Part shown: positions 13,120 to 23,730 of the stretch, piece after piece
Layout of the letters: each line of letters starts with the position of its first letter
How positions within the stretch are numbered: the stretch's first letter is position 1
DNA from: Hyaloraphidium curvatum SAG 235-1
Taxonomy: Eukaryota; Fungi; Monoblepharomycota
Reading direction: 5' to 3'
NCBI GenBank assembly: GCA_025558095.1
Contig: JAIVFI010000014.1
Coordinates: forward strand, 620,001 to 684,000
DNA length: 64,000 nt
Translations under genes and position numbers: made by a program
Notes under the pieces: generated by a model
Databases searched by the model: none
The model's input: the letters and a program-made list of their open reading frames with translations, nothing else
What the model was told of the DNA's origin: nothing

Positions 13120-13814
13120 GGGGAGCCGACTTCCTGCACGCCTTCACGTGCCCGATAATGGGCAAGGTTGCGCGGCACAACGCGCTTGAATCTGCGTTGG
13201 CGGATGAGCTCAAGGACAAGCTCGCCTCCCGTGGCGTGGTCGTCGACCGTCGTCATCGTGGTTACCTCGAGAATGGGTTCGTGCCCAAAGACACCACACT
13301 TGCACGAGCCCTGGACATCGGGAAAACCTCGACCGACATCGTCATCCGCCGCGTGGGCGCTCGTTCTGACCTCGTCGACGTCACCGTTGTTACCCCCAGC
13401 GTCACGGCCTCGCGCTCGACGGACTCCGGCAACGAGACCTCGCTCCTGCGCCGCGCTGTTCAGAAGAAGGCGACGGCCCTTGCCAACCAGTTCTACGTTC
13501 CCGATCCCCCCGTGCACAACCTCGTTTGGTTTGCGGTCTCGACCTTCGGCCGCCTGCACGACGCGGCGGACGAACAGCTCCGTGTTTGGTCTCGAGAGAT
13601 CTCTCCCCCGCGCACCAAATCCGACGGCAAAGACTGGGATGTCGATGGTTTCATGGCCCGCCAGACCGGCCGTCTGCGCGCCGTTGTTCAGCGGGGGCGC
13701 GTACTGGGTTGCCAACAGCTTATGAACAGGTTCAAGGAAGCCTGTACCCGGCAGCTCGGCGGACATCTAACCCCTCCCCTCTTCCCCGAATTCAATGTAT
13801 ATGGCGTGACGTGA
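13120..13814 (+). mobile_element. 5'-truncated non-LTR retrotransposon fragment with restriction-like endonuclease domain (CRE/R2-like)
   Basis: In frame: LHAFTC (end of CCHC knuckle), RHNAL, DIVI..DVTVVTP, QKKA, WFAVSTFGRL and LRAVVQRG, which follows the RLE motif order. No RT domain is present. Confidence 0.75.
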
Positions 13815-15009
13815 TGTATCGGGGTTGGGGGGCGCTCAGCGCCTGTGATAGAGATCTGATCGGGAGAGCGCAGGGTCCCCCCCACCGGCCTGGGACCCTC
13901 GCCTCTCCCGCCCACCAGGCCGGTGTGCTCAACACTTCTCTGCGCACGTGCTCAATAACTGCTCGCCTCGCTAATGTTCCTCCTGCTCTATGCGCTACTA
14001 CTACATGTGCTCAATCTTTCGTGCGCCGCCTAGAGGTCCCGCCGCGCTCACTCGATGGTCCACGCTCGTCCGACCTGTTGCTCTTCCTAGCCTTGCGCCA
14101 CGCTCTTCCGCGCATCCACACTCTCCGCCCGTCGGCTCCACTCCACTCGTCTGCCATCATCTACTATGCTTGCTCCAGACCGCTATTCTCTCCCCCGGTG
14201 ACGCTGACCGCCGCGTAACCAACGCCTCACGGTCCCGCGGTCCCAGTTTCCCCGAGACCCCTTGCCGCATGCACGTCAGGACCGCAATCTATCCCGAAAA
14301 GGCTATGCTCGACGTTATTTTTAGGCTTTGATCGATCTCGGGCATTTGCCCCGGACGCCGCGTCAGCCGATCGCGGCCGCTCCCTCCCGCTCGCCGACCC
14401 ACACGCAAATCCCTCCCGCCCTACAGCCCGCCAGCGCCGGCCCGCTCGCCGCCTTCAAGAACACGCCCGCGAGACCCGACCTCCAGGCCGCAGCGGCCCC
14501 GCCGACCCCCAACGCCCGTCAACAACCCCACTCACCTGTTTCCTCCTTTCCACTCCTTCCTCGTCGCCCTTCACCAACGCCGCGCCAACCATGAACAACG
14601 GCAACGCTCAACAGGTTAGTACCCTCTCGCGTGGTCCGGGTCTGGGGTCTTGGTCTACGGGGTCACCGCCACCGAGGTCGGGCTGCCGAGGCGCGCCGGT
14701 ACGTTCCCCTGCTCCTGGGAGTTTGCGGATCTCCCCCTAGTCGACGCCGGGATAACGGCGTGGCACCGTCTGCTGTTGGGGCGGACTGTTTCAGCCCGCG
14801 CAGATCGGTTGGCGCACTGCAGGATCTACAATCCGCAATCCGCGCGCAATTAGAAACCGCCCCTACGCCCCAAGAATAAACCCCTCATTGACATTCAAAC
14901 CAAAGGCGACCGGCGTTTTCTTGGACCTTGGAATCTCATCGGGTCCCGAAGAGCAGGCCGGGACTCCTCGATCGTCAAAAAATGGCAGGGCGACTAGATA
15001 AGCCACTTG

Positions 15010-15112
15010 GGACCGTCGAGGGGTTCCATCAGTGCGGCATCCTGGAGCTGGAAAGTCGGAATGCCACCGCTCGTTTCATCTGGAGCTCGAGCTAGTGACC
15101 ATGAGAGGAGAG
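15010..15112. repeat. Duplicated 3' flank of family A GT genes; copy at about 18177-18280, partial copy at about 16135-16210
   Basis: ggaccgtc..gggttcca.cagtgc...tcctggagctgga...tcggaatgcca.cgct...tcatctggagctc.ag.tag.gac.atgagaggag is shared between the copies. Confidence 0.85.
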
Positions 15113-15169
15113 ATATGCATCATGGAAAAGAGCCGAGACGACTCTCCAGGCATGTATTAGAGGTGTAGT

Positions 15170-15892
15170 TCATCCGCGCGTCCTCTCCGCTATCTCACCT
15201 GCCCTGCAGGGAGCCCAAAGCGATCTGCACGGCTTGCCAGGCAGCCCCCACTCGTCCGGGACGAGGTTCATCTTCCCGCCGGAAGCCACGCAGTCAGTTC
15301 GGTTCCGGAACCCCGACAGGTCGTTGTAGTGGTTGATCCTCGCCCGCGTGGCGTCGGCGCGGATCGTCCTGGGCCTGCGGCCCGCGGACTCGCGGAGGGC
15401 GAGCAGACGGTGCACGTCGGGCGAAGCCGCGGTCGAGGTCCGGAAGATGGCCTTGGGGATCTTCGAGGAGAGCTCGGGGTAGCGCGTGGTGGGCAGCCCC
15501 GGACCCTCGTGGGGCTGGCTCCTGGGTGGTGAAGAAGGCGCGATCCAGCAGGATCGCGTCCGGCCGCGCGGGGTCGTCGAGGATGCCGGCCAGCGGCTCG
15601 TCACCGCCGCGGCAGACGACGTACTCGTCCGGATCGATGTGGAGCGCCCAGTCGGCGCGCTCGCGGGCGAGGGCGAGGCAGTGGTGCAGCGCGGGGACTT
15701 GCTGCTTCGTGCGCGGGGGTTCGGGGACGGGCATGCCGTGCCACCGCGGGAAGTAGGTCACGTCGTGGCCGGCGGAGATGAGGGCGGCTGCAGGCGGGGG
15801 CGCCAGCCCCGCTCGCGAAAGGAGCCACAGGCACAGTCCCGGCAGCGCAAGAGCGGTAGAACCGCGTATGCCAGCGACGTACGGCAGCGCAT
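15170..15892 (-). pseudogene. Family A GT pseudogene with a large internal deletion and frameshift
   Basis: The 5' part (MRCRTSLAYAVLP) copies about 17600-17740 and is joined almost directly to the catalytic C-terminal half (TYFPRWHGMP..IDPDEY). Frameshift near 15520. Confidence 0.85.
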
Positions 15893-16368
15893 CGGTTCCA
15901 CCGCGACTCGTAGACGCCAGTCAGCCGTTGGTGTGAGCAATGGGACGCCGTTTTTTTCAGATCCTTCTCGGAGGAGCTAGCCATCCAGCTATCGCAGATC
16001 GTCGCGTCCCGTTCGCCGAGAGAGACCTGGGGATCCTGCAAGCCCCGTCGCTTGCCGTTTGCCCGTTGCAATGAATTCCGGGCCGTCACATCAATGTCCT
16101 GTCTCTTGGATCTGTTCCGATCCGTTCGTCATTCTGGACCGGTTCTGCGACAGGTGCAGATGAGTTTTGCGGCTTAATTCGTCTGGAGCTCAAGCTCGTG
16201 ACGATGGGAAAGAACACACAAAGGAATCGATCGAAAGTAAGGAATAAACGCCACTTGCGAGGTGCATGGGCAAGTTTGGAAGATCGCGCTTTCAAGTGCG
16301 CAAGGCCACGGGAGCTAATCGACCCATTCCCGACCATGCGCACGCACGCCACGCATCCGATACCCCGC

Positions 16369-17667
16369 TCAACCGCCCGCGCCCTCCCTCCCGCGTCGAT
16401 CCCGCGGCGGCCTGCACCGCTCCCCCGGCGGCCCCCAATCATCGACCACCAACGGCTTCCCCGTGTCCACACAGTCCGTCCTATTCCGCTGCCTGACCAT
16501 GCTCATGTAGTGGTTGATCCTCGCGGCGTTGGGGTCGGCGCGGACCGCGTACGGGGTGTGGCGGGAGGTGGATGCGCGGAGGCCGCGTAGACGGTGCACG
16601 TCCGGGGCGGACGAGGTGCGGGTGCGAAAGTAGGCTTTGGGTGCTTTCCAGCATAGGTCGGGGAAGCGCGCCGACACTGGGGAGGGGCCGCCGAGGTGCG
16701 TGAACAGTGCGCGGTCGAGGACCACCTCGTCCGGTTCATCGGGGGCGTCCAGGTAACCAGCGAGGGGGAACCCGGAGCGGCATACGACGTACTCGTCGGG
16801 GTCAATGTGCAGGGCCCATTCGGCCGATTCCCGCGCCACGGCGAGGCAGTGGTGCAACGCCGCCGTTTGCTGGGTCGTGTCGCGGGGAGACGAGACGGGC
16901 ATGCCGTGCCAGCGGGGAAAGTAGCGGACATCGCGGCCGGCGGCGACGAGTGCGGCAGCTGTCGGTGCGAACGAGCCGTCGACGTCGTACATTACAGCGG
17001 CGTCGGCGGCGCCGTTGGAGAAGTGATGCTCGAGCCAGAAGCGGGTGGCGTCGGGTATGTGGTTCTCAAGCGCGGAGCGGTTCCAAAGGGCCTGCGTACA
17101 GATCACGACCTTGCCGGCGCCGGCAGAGGGGTCGAGTGCGACGACGTCGAGCTCGAAAGCCGCCCGGAACCCGGCGCCGTCCGCGATTTCCACCGCCAGC
17201 GAGCGTCCCACAAAGCCCCGCAGCGAATGCAGATTGGCAGCCGTCAGCGGGCACAGCAACCGCGCCAGGTCGCGCGTGTGCGGCTGGACGGCGACCGCCG
17301 TACCCGCGCCCAGGGCCCCCTTTTCGCCCAGCGCGAATTTCGGCGCGGTCGAGAACGCGTCCGAAATGAGGATCACTTTCTGGCTAAGCCGGGGTTCGCC
17401 CGCGACGAGGAAAAACGCGAGCTCCACGAACACCGCCGCGCTCCCCGGCCGCCCCGTCGCGCTCCCGCCTGGCGACAGCACGTCCAGCGATGCGGCGACG
17501 AGTGTCCACCCCGCACCGTGCACGGGGGCCCAGTTTCGGGTCCGCACGCCGAGCACCGCGCCTGCCGGCGGCAGCGGCGGGCCCGGACCCGAAAGGAGCC
17601 AGAGATACAGCGCTGGCAGCGCGAGCGCGGGCAGAACCGCGTACGCCAGCAATGTACGTCGGCGCAT
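16369..17667 (-). CDS. GT92/DUF23-like family A copy 2, intronless
   Basis: MRRRTLLAYAVLPALALPALYLWLL anchor; WLEHHFSNG; ALHHCL; HIDPDEY; RINHY. Confidence 0.72.
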   Translation of the reverse strand: MRRRTLLAYAVLPALALPALYLWLLSGPGPPLPPAGAVLGVRTRNWAPVHGAGWTLVAASLDVLSPGGSATGRPGSAAVFVELAFFLVAGEPRLSQKVILISDAFSTAPKFALGEKGALGAGTAVAVQPHTRDLARLLCPLTAANLHSLRGFVGRSLAVEIADGAGFRAAFELDVVALDPSAGAGKVVICTQALWNRSALENHIPDATRFWLEHHFSNGAADAAVMYDVDGSFAPTAAALVAAGRDVRYFPRWHGMPVSSPRDTTQQTAALHHCLAVARESAEWALHIDPDEYVVCRSGFPLAGYLDAPDEPDEVVLDRALFTHLGGPSPVSARFPDLCWKAPKAYFRTRTSSAPDVHRLRGLRASTSRHTPYAVRADPNAARINHYMSMVRQRNRTDCVDTGKPLVVDDWGPPGERCRPPRDRRGREGAGG

Positions 17668-18323
17668 CGGTTCCGCCGCGACTCGTGGACGCCAGTCAGC
17701 CGTTGGTGTGAGCAATGGGACGCCCTTTTTTTCAGATCCTTTTCGGAGTGCGAGTCCGACACACATTGCACACAGCCGGTGGTCCCCATACCCGTAACCC
17801 AGGCATGTAGAGAGGCGCGATATCGCCGACGCCCGTGCAGGATCAAACCGAGCCCGCTCACCGTACTGCTGCCGCCATGCCCGTGCCGCCTGCCAGCCGT
17901 GAATGATGCTCACCTGAAAGAAGTCCGGAGGGGGGCCGTCGGGGTTAGAGTTGCCGGGGTGGCTGTAGTAGCCGTTGTAGGGGTACAAAAGGGCAGTAAA
18001 CGTCAGGAAATCGCAGCTGGCAGGCGGATCTTGGCGGCACGCGGCAGCGAGGCGACAGACGGCGGCGGCGGTGACGGTGGCAGATTGGGTCCTGAAACCA
18101 GGCGGGGACACAGTTAGTTCGATCGCCCAAAAACCTGGTAGAGCGAGTAGATCAGTTTGCATCTTGAAGTGAGCTCTGGACCGTCACGGGTTCCACCAGT
18201 GCACCGTCCTGGAGCTGGACACTCGGAATGCCATCGCTAGTATCATCTGGAGCTCAAGTTAGAGACGATGAGAGGAGGGACGCATCACTCAAAAGAGCGA
18301 GATGATTAGATGTGGATTATCGT

Positions 18324-18590
18324 TTATCCATCATCCGCAGCGTCCGCTACCTCGCCCGCCCCAGCCCGAGGACCCCGAAGCAGCCTGCACGCCTCCCCGG
18401 GCGGGGCCCACTCGTCCCGCACCACGATCATCTTCCCATGGGAATCATCGCAGTCGGTCCGGTTCCGGAACCCGCCAGGTCGCTGTAGTGGTTGATCCTC
18501 GCCCGCGTGCCGTCGGCGCGGATCGTCCTGGGCCTGCGCCCCGCGCACGCGCGGAGGGCGATCAAAAGGTGCACGTCGGGCGGGGAAACT
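18324..18590 (-). pseudogene. 3'-terminal fragment of a family A GT gene, frameshifted
   Basis: PDVHLLIALRACAGRRPRTIRADGTRARINHY, then in another frame FRNRTDCDDSHGKMIVVRDEW. Confidence 0.85.
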
Positions 18591-18691
18591 CGAGGCGGCC
18601 CGCACTTCGGCACCCACTAATCGACCATGGCCAGCTTACCCGCATGGACGCAGTCCTTCCTGTTCCGGGGCTTTGGATGCAGCGACGGTCC

Positions 18692-20446
18692 TCATTCGGG
18701 CACCACGAGCCGCCGCAACCCCGCCGCCGCCGCCGGCACGTCCCTCATCAACCCCCCCACGCCCTCCCTGGCCTTGGCGTCCAGCGATCCCCATCCGCAG
18801 CCCGCGCCGCCCTGCAGGTATGCCTCCGACCCCGGGCCGGCGGGGAGCCGGGGGAGCTTATCCGGGAGCGCGATCGCGGCGCCGGCGGGGACGTCCCGCT
18901 CCGCGTAGGCGATCCGGACGGCGACCGCGCCCCCGCAGGCGCGCCATTCGGCGACGCGGAGGCCGGGAGGGATGGCGGAGCCGCGGAGGGAGGAGTCGGC
19001 GAGCAGGCGCGGGAACAACGTGTGCGAGGCGGGGAGGAAGCCGGGGGGGGGGAAGAAGGCCGCGGAGCCGGCGGGCATCGCCGTGCGGAGGCGGGAAGGA
19101 TCGGCGGTGGGGAGCACGGTCGAGTTGAGGAGGTTGCATTGCTCGAGTAAGGCTGCTGCGGGGGAGGCGAGGAAGGCCTCGACCGAGGGCACGGCCAAAT
19201 GCACGGTGAAGAGGGGGTAGTGCAGCGCGAGCGCGAGCACGGTCGCAAGCGTGGCGTCGGCATCCTTCCTGTCCAGCGAAGCCATGCGCACGATAAAGTG
19301 CAGCCGCAGGCCCGCTGCCCATCGCGCAAATGTGGACGGCCAGGCCGCGCGGAGATGCCACGCGCGGGCGGCGACGGGGTTGGCGAGGGTCCAGATGCCG
19401 CGGTCGGAGGCGTCCAGCGCCGCGCCGACCACGCGGAGCACCTCACCCGGATCGGCGAAATCCGCGCGGTATTCTCTGGGCACCGGAATGTCCTCGTCGA
19501 AGCTCACCCCCGGCACCTTTGCGTTGGGCACGACGGGAACGGCGCCCAGCATCGCGGCCTCCATCGGCCCGCGCTCGAAACCGGGGAACCCGGCGTCGAG
19601 GTACACCTTGGCGCGGGAGTAGAGGCACGCGATCTCGGTGATGTTGAGGCGGCGGCCCTTGCCGGCGTCCTTGAGGGTGACCACCTCCACCGCGGGCGTG
19701 CGCAGCGCCTTTATGGGCTCGCGGATGCGCGAGTCGAAATCGGGGAGGCTCACCGTGTCGGAATCGACGACCACCAGGTCCTTCTTCTCCGGGCACCCGC
19801 GGCCGCCGCACCCCGGCAGGGGCTTACCCGCGCGGCACCGCTCTGCGAACGCGTAGAACCGCGGCTGCATCGGCCGCGTCAGCCCCCCGGGCAACACCAC
19901 AGACAGCTGCTCGTTCATCCTCCGCGTGAGCGGGACGAGGGTCGCCCAGCCGCGCGCCGCGTCCGCGATCTTTTGGGGCGCGACGGGCAGCCCGAGCACG
20001 GCGACCAGCACGCGCACCCCCCGCGCAGCAAAGCCCAGCAGCTCCGCGCGATTGGCGGGCTGCTTGTGTATGTGCTCGGCGACCACGATCACGTCCCCGG
20101 GCGCCAGCAGCGGCGGGGGCCACGCGTCCAGCGGCCGCATGCCGGGGAAGTCCGCGCCGTAGCCGGCGACGTTGCAGCCCGACATCAGCGACGCATAGCC
20201 GGCGGCCAGGAGGGCGGCGTGCCACGCGTGCAGCGAGGCGGGGCCGCCGGTGGTCAGGTTGGCGGGGTAGCGGACGTACACCGTCGCGTTCCAGGGCGGC
20301 AGGGGGGGCAACGCGTCGGCGGGCACGCCGGACCCCGCCCCGCCCCCGTGCCCCGGCCAGGGGGGCCAGCCGAACGCATAGGCCGCGCCGGCAAGCAGCA
20401 GGACGGCGACGAAAGGCCGCCGGACCGCTCGGCGCCGCGGCACCAT
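18692..20446 (-). CDS. Type II membrane protein with GT-B (GT4-like) features, family B copy 1, intronless
   Basis: MVPRRRAVRRPFVAVLLLAG anchor; TGGPASLHAWH; GDVIVVAE; AKVYLDAGFPGFERGPMEAAMLGAVPVV resembles the GT-B nucleotide-binding EA..G.P helix. Confidence 0.6.
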   Translation of the reverse strand: MVPRRRAVRRPFVAVLLLAGAAYAFGWPPWPGHGGGAGSGVPADALPPLPPWNATVYVRYPANLTTGGPASLHAWHAALLAAGYASLMSGCNVAGYGADFPGMRPLDAWPPPLLAPGDVIVVAEHIHKQPANRAELLGFAARGVRVLVAVLGLPVAPQKIADAARGWATLVPLTRRMNEQLSVVLPGGLTRPMQPRFYAFAERCRAGKPLPGCGGRGCPEKKDLVVVDSDTVSLPDFDSRIREPIKALRTPAVEVVTLKDAGKGRRLNITEIACLYSRAKVYLDAGFPGFERGPMEAAMLGAVPVVPNAKVPGVSFDEDIPVPREYRADFADPGEVLRVVGAALDASDRGIWTLANPVAARAWHLRAAWPSTFARWAAGLRLHFIVRMASLDRKDADATLATVLALALHYPLFTVHLAVPSVEAFLASPAAALLEQCNLLNSTVLPTADPSRLRTAMPAGSAAFFPPPGFLPASHTLFPRLLADSSLRGSAIPPGLRVAEWRACGGAVAVRIAYAERDVPAGAAIALPDKLPRLPAGPGSEAYLQGGAGCGWGSLDAKAREGVGGLMRDVPAAAAGLRRLVVPE

Positions 20447-20515
20447 CCGGCTGGCTTATCACCACGGTCAACAAATCCCTTGTTGTCCCCAAGTTGACCC
20501 GCCGTCCTTGCGAGC

Positions 20516-21652
20516 ATGCGCCGCCGCCGCTGGTCGCCTGTCGCCCTCCTCGCGGCCGCCGCGGCGCTGCTCCCCTTCCTCGTCGGTCCGCCGCGCCCGC
20601 CGCCGGCGCCGCCGCCCCCGCCGCGGGTGCCGTGCGGCCTGCGGGTGCTGCTGATCGCCTCGCCCCGCGGGAACAGGACCTACGGGAGCACCGTGATGCG
20701 CGGCCACATGGTCGCCGAGTCTCTGTCCCGCCTCGGCATCCCCGCCCGGGTGGCCTTCGAGAACGATCACTCCGTCTGGGAGGGGAACCTGCGCGGCACC
20801 GCCTGCGTGTTCCTGAAGCGCGCCCTGCGCGAACAGCTCGCCCACATGTGCCGCGGGAAGGGCGGCGCGGTGGTGCACGACGCGCTGGACGCGCTGCCGT
20901 GGTACCAGGAGCAGGGCGCGAAATGGGCCGACGCGGTGCTGGCCAACTCGGCGGCCCACGCGGCGTGGCTGAGGACCAAGGGCGCGAGGGAGGCCAGGGT
21001 GGCGTGGCACCACCACTCCAACGTCTTTGGCGTCAGACGGGACCCGGGGAGGCCGGTGAAGACGGTGTGCTTCACCGGCAGCCCGCTCAACGCGCTGCAG
21101 CCCGCGAAGGAGGCCGCGCTCTCGGCCGAGGCCCGCAAACACGGGCTGGAATACCGCTTCCTCCCCGTGCCCCTCGAGGTCGAATCCGGGGAGCCCGGGC
21201 CCCCCGACGATCCCTACAAGCAGCTCGTCGCCCTGCGGCCGCTGGCCGGGTGCGACGCGGGGCTGATCTGGCCGCGGGACGAGGACGTGTTCACGCTCAA
21301 GCTGAGGCCGGTGACGCGGTTGGTGACGTGGTGGTCGGTCGGCGTGCCGACGGTGTTCTTTCCCTACGCGCCGTACATGGAGGTGTCGGAGGGGATGCCG
21401 GTCAGGCTGGCCGCGAGCAGCGTGGAGGAGGTCGGGAAGCACCTCGGGTGGCTGGCGGACCCCAAGAACGCGGCCGAGGTGAAGGCGCTGGTGGACGAGC
21501 AGCTCGCGAGGGCGGAGAAGTTCACGGCGAACGCGCTGGCGCCGGCGTACGCGGGGGCGCTGTGCGGGATCATCGCGGGGCTGAACCGGACCGCTTCCCT
21601 GCCCGCGCGGGGCGATCCGGGTGCCGCGGCCGTCGCAAAGCAGGGTGCGTGA
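20516..21652 (+). CDS. Type II membrane protein, putative GT-B glycosyltransferase (family C), intronless
   Basis: MRRRRWSPVALLAAAAALLPFLV plus a Pro stem; STVMRG; VFLKR; VVHDALD; ADAVLANS; VCFTGS; RPVTRLVTWWSVGVPTVF, a layout seen in bacterial GT4-like proteins. Confidence 0.55.
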   Translation: MRRRRWSPVALLAAAAALLPFLVGPPRPPPAPPPPPRVPCGLRVLLIASPRGNRTYGSTVMRGHMVAESLSRLGIPARVAFENDHSVWEGNLRGTACVFLKRALREQLAHMCRGKGGAVVHDALDALPWYQEQGAKWADAVLANSAAHAAWLRTKGAREARVAWHHHSNVFGVRRDPGRPVKTVCFTGSPLNALQPAKEAALSAEARKHGLEYRFLPVPLEVESGEPGPPDDPYKQLVALRPLAGCDAGLIWPRDEDVFTLKLRPVTRLVTWWSVGVPTVFFPYAPYMEVSEGMPVRLAASSVEEVGKHLGWLADPKNAAEVKALVDEQLARAEKFTANALAPAYAGALCGIIAGLNRTASLPARGDPGAAAVAKQGA

Positions 21653-21744
21653 GCGGTGTACGGCACAGACGGGGAACACGGTCGGATGCGAACGCGACGC
21701 AGCCCCGTCCGAGGCTCCGCGGTCCGGCCCTCCTCTGCGGGCAG

Positions 21745-23730
21745 CTACCCCCCCTCCCCACCCCCGTCCTCCCCCTCGCACTCCCCCGGCAGCGCCTCCT
21801 CCATCCTCACCGCATCATACAGCACCCCCGCCCTCCACCCGTCCCCCCTTAGCACCAATCCCACCTCGTTCCCTCCCACCCTCATCCTATCCGGGGGCAC
21901 GCACGCCTCCAGCCGCATGACGCTCCCCGCGACCCCATCGCGGTGCATCACCTGGTCCACCGGCAGGGGATACACGGCCAGCGGGTGCCCGTTGTGCAGG
22001 ACGGTGAGGTTGCCCCCGTTGCTGCCGCACAGCGCGACGCGGAGCACGGCGCCGCGCGCGGGGACCGAGGCGAGCTCGTACGCGACCGTGCGTGCGGTGG
22101 GGAGGGGGAGGCCCGAAGGGGAGAGGGAGATGGGGTGCGCGTAGGGCCAGTCCCTGTCGTGTTTCCCGCGGCCGACGTCGAACCGCACGCCGGAGGGGAA
22201 TGCGGCCGCGGCGCGGGCGTAGGCGCCCTGCACGAAATGCTGATCGGCGCCGAAAAACTCCCGCGCGGTGCGGTCGAACTCGCCGACCTGCCACAGGATC
22301 CGCCCCCCGCGCGGCGTCCACTCCAGCTCGCGCAGGTTGACCGCCTGCCCGAGGGAGAGGTTCAGCGCGGCGGGGAGGCGGTAATCCTCCGCCGTGCCGT
22401 CCGCCAGCGCGACCAGGCGGTAGCTGCCCGGCCTGACGTTCGCGATTTCGAAGGAGCCGACGGGGTCGGCGCGCGTCCAAAATTGGTACCCCGCCGCGTC
22501 GCGCTGCCAGTCGTCCGCGCGCGGCGGTACCAACCCGACCCACGCGCCCGATGCCGACAATTGGGGCAGGCGCGGGTCGGAGAGGAGGAGGCGGCCCCGC
22601 ACCGATGCGCGGGATGCCGCAGGGGGGTAAAGCGGGTCGTCCACCCAGGCAAAGGGCCACCCGGCCTTGAGCCCCGCGGCCATCCGCGCCGCGTCCCGCG
22701 CCTGCCTCTTATGCCGCCACCAGGCGGGGCCCCAACCCCCCTCGGTGAGGAGCACGGCGAACGGCCCGTAGGCTTTCGCCCATTTCTCGTCGCGCGCGAG
22801 GACGACGTGGCCGCCGCCGTAGTGCTCGCTGTGGAAGTAGTCCAGCAGCACCGGCCCCTCCCCCCGGCCCTCCCTGCTCCCAGCCGTGACGTTGGCCGCC
22901 GTGTTGCCCGGGCCCTTGCGGAAGTCCAGGTGGCCCGTGAGGTCCGTGCGGAGCGGGCCGCCGCCGAGGTACTCTGCCGACGGGTTGGCGATCCACGCCC
23001 CCGCGTGCAGGGACGGGCTGGTCCACCCCCACGCGTCCAGGGTGCCCAGCCGCGCCGAGTAGCGGTACTTGTGCTCCACGCGGCCGCGGAACGGGCCCGT
23101 GCGCAGGGTGCGCGCCTCGGGGAGGTCCGGCAGCGGCACGCCGAGGTCGAAGTCGCCCTGCGCCGGGACGGGCCCCGTGCGCTCGGCGTCGACGTGCAGG
23201 GCGGTGAAGTTGCGGTTGAGGAAGAGGTGGAAGCGCGACTCGGCGATGCGCAGCGCGGGGCCCTTGGGGGGGCGGCGCAGGGCGGCGCGGACAAAGAGGG
23301 CGTCGCTGCCGGGGCGCAGGGCGTAGGCGACGTCCAGCTGCAGGGCCAGCGAGCGGTTTGCGCGGAGGTCCGTTGTGCACGCGGCCTCCACGCCGCCCCC
23401 GGCGACCCTGCGGAGGCGGACCCTCCCCCGGCCCGCCCGTGCGGGGCGCGGCACCTCGTCCGGCCGGCCGACGTGCGCCGACACGCCGCCGCCGCGGGAG
23501 CCGAGCAGCTCCGCGCCTGTGAACGCGAGCGACACAAGCGCGCAGCCGGCCGCCGAGACGCGCGCGCGCACGCGGCCGTTGGAGAGCTCGGCGCGGCGGC
23601 CCTTCGAGTCCCCGCGGGCCGATACGCGCTCGGGGGGGCGTTCGCGGGACCACGGGAGGGCAAAGAACGCCACCAAACCGCAAAACAGCACGCATGCTGC
23701 GGCGATGCGGCGGCGGCGGGGCCGCGGCAT
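21745..23730 (-). CDS. Polysaccharide lyase family 4 (rhamnogalacturonan endolyase) with N-terminal membrane anchor, intronless
   Basis: HKYRYS, WIANPSAEYLGGGPLRTDLTGH, FHSEHYGG, WAKAYGPF, WPFAW, YQFWTRAD..F.IANVRPGSY, LWQVGEFDRTAREF and LYDAVRME. N-terminus MPRPRRRRIAAACVLFCGLVAFFALPW. Confidence 0.9.
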   Translation of the reverse strand: MPRPRRRRIAAACVLFCGLVAFFALPWSRERPPERVSARGDSKGRRAELSNGRVRARVSAAGCALVSLAFTGAELLGSRGGGVSAHVGRPDEVPRPARAGRGRVRLRRVAGGGVEAACTTDLRANRSLALQLDVAYALRPGSDALFVRAALRRPPKGPALRIAESRFHLFLNRNFTALHVDAERTGPVPAQGDFDLGVPLPDLPEARTLRTGPFRGRVEHKYRYSARLGTLDAWGWTSPSLHAGAWIANPSAEYLGGGPLRTDLTGHLDFRKGPGNTAANVTAGSREGRGEGPVLLDYFHSEHYGGGHVVLARDEKWAKAYGPFAVLLTEGGWGPAWWRHKRQARDAARMAAGLKAGWPFAWVDDPLYPPAASRASVRGRLLLSDPRLPQLSASGAWVGLVPPRADDWQRDAAGYQFWTRADPVGSFEIANVRPGSYRLVALADGTAEDYRLPAALNLSLGQAVNLRELEWTPRGGRILWQVGEFDRTAREFFGADQHFVQGAYARAAAAFPSGVRFDVGRGKHDRDWPYAHPISLSPSGLPLPTARTVAYELASVPARGAVLRVALCGSNGGNLTVLHNGHPLAVYPLPVDQVMHRDGVAGSVMRLEACVPPDRMRVGGNEVGLVLRGDGWRAGVLYDAVRMEEALPGECEGEDGGGEGG

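Noticed and set aside
13115-13864. 8-bp direct repeat TGATCGGG flanking the RLE ORF as a possible target-site duplication
   Set aside because: Too short to be significant, there is no poly(A) or tandem tail before it, and UTR-like sequence continues beyond it.
14591-14620. ATGAACAACGGCAACGCTCAACAG followed by a GTTAGT donor-like site
   Set aside because: No downstream exon could be identified.
17668-18162. 165-aa in-frame N-terminal extension of GT copy A2
   Set aside because: Paralogs start at the TM-proximal Met, and the extension has no recognisable homology.
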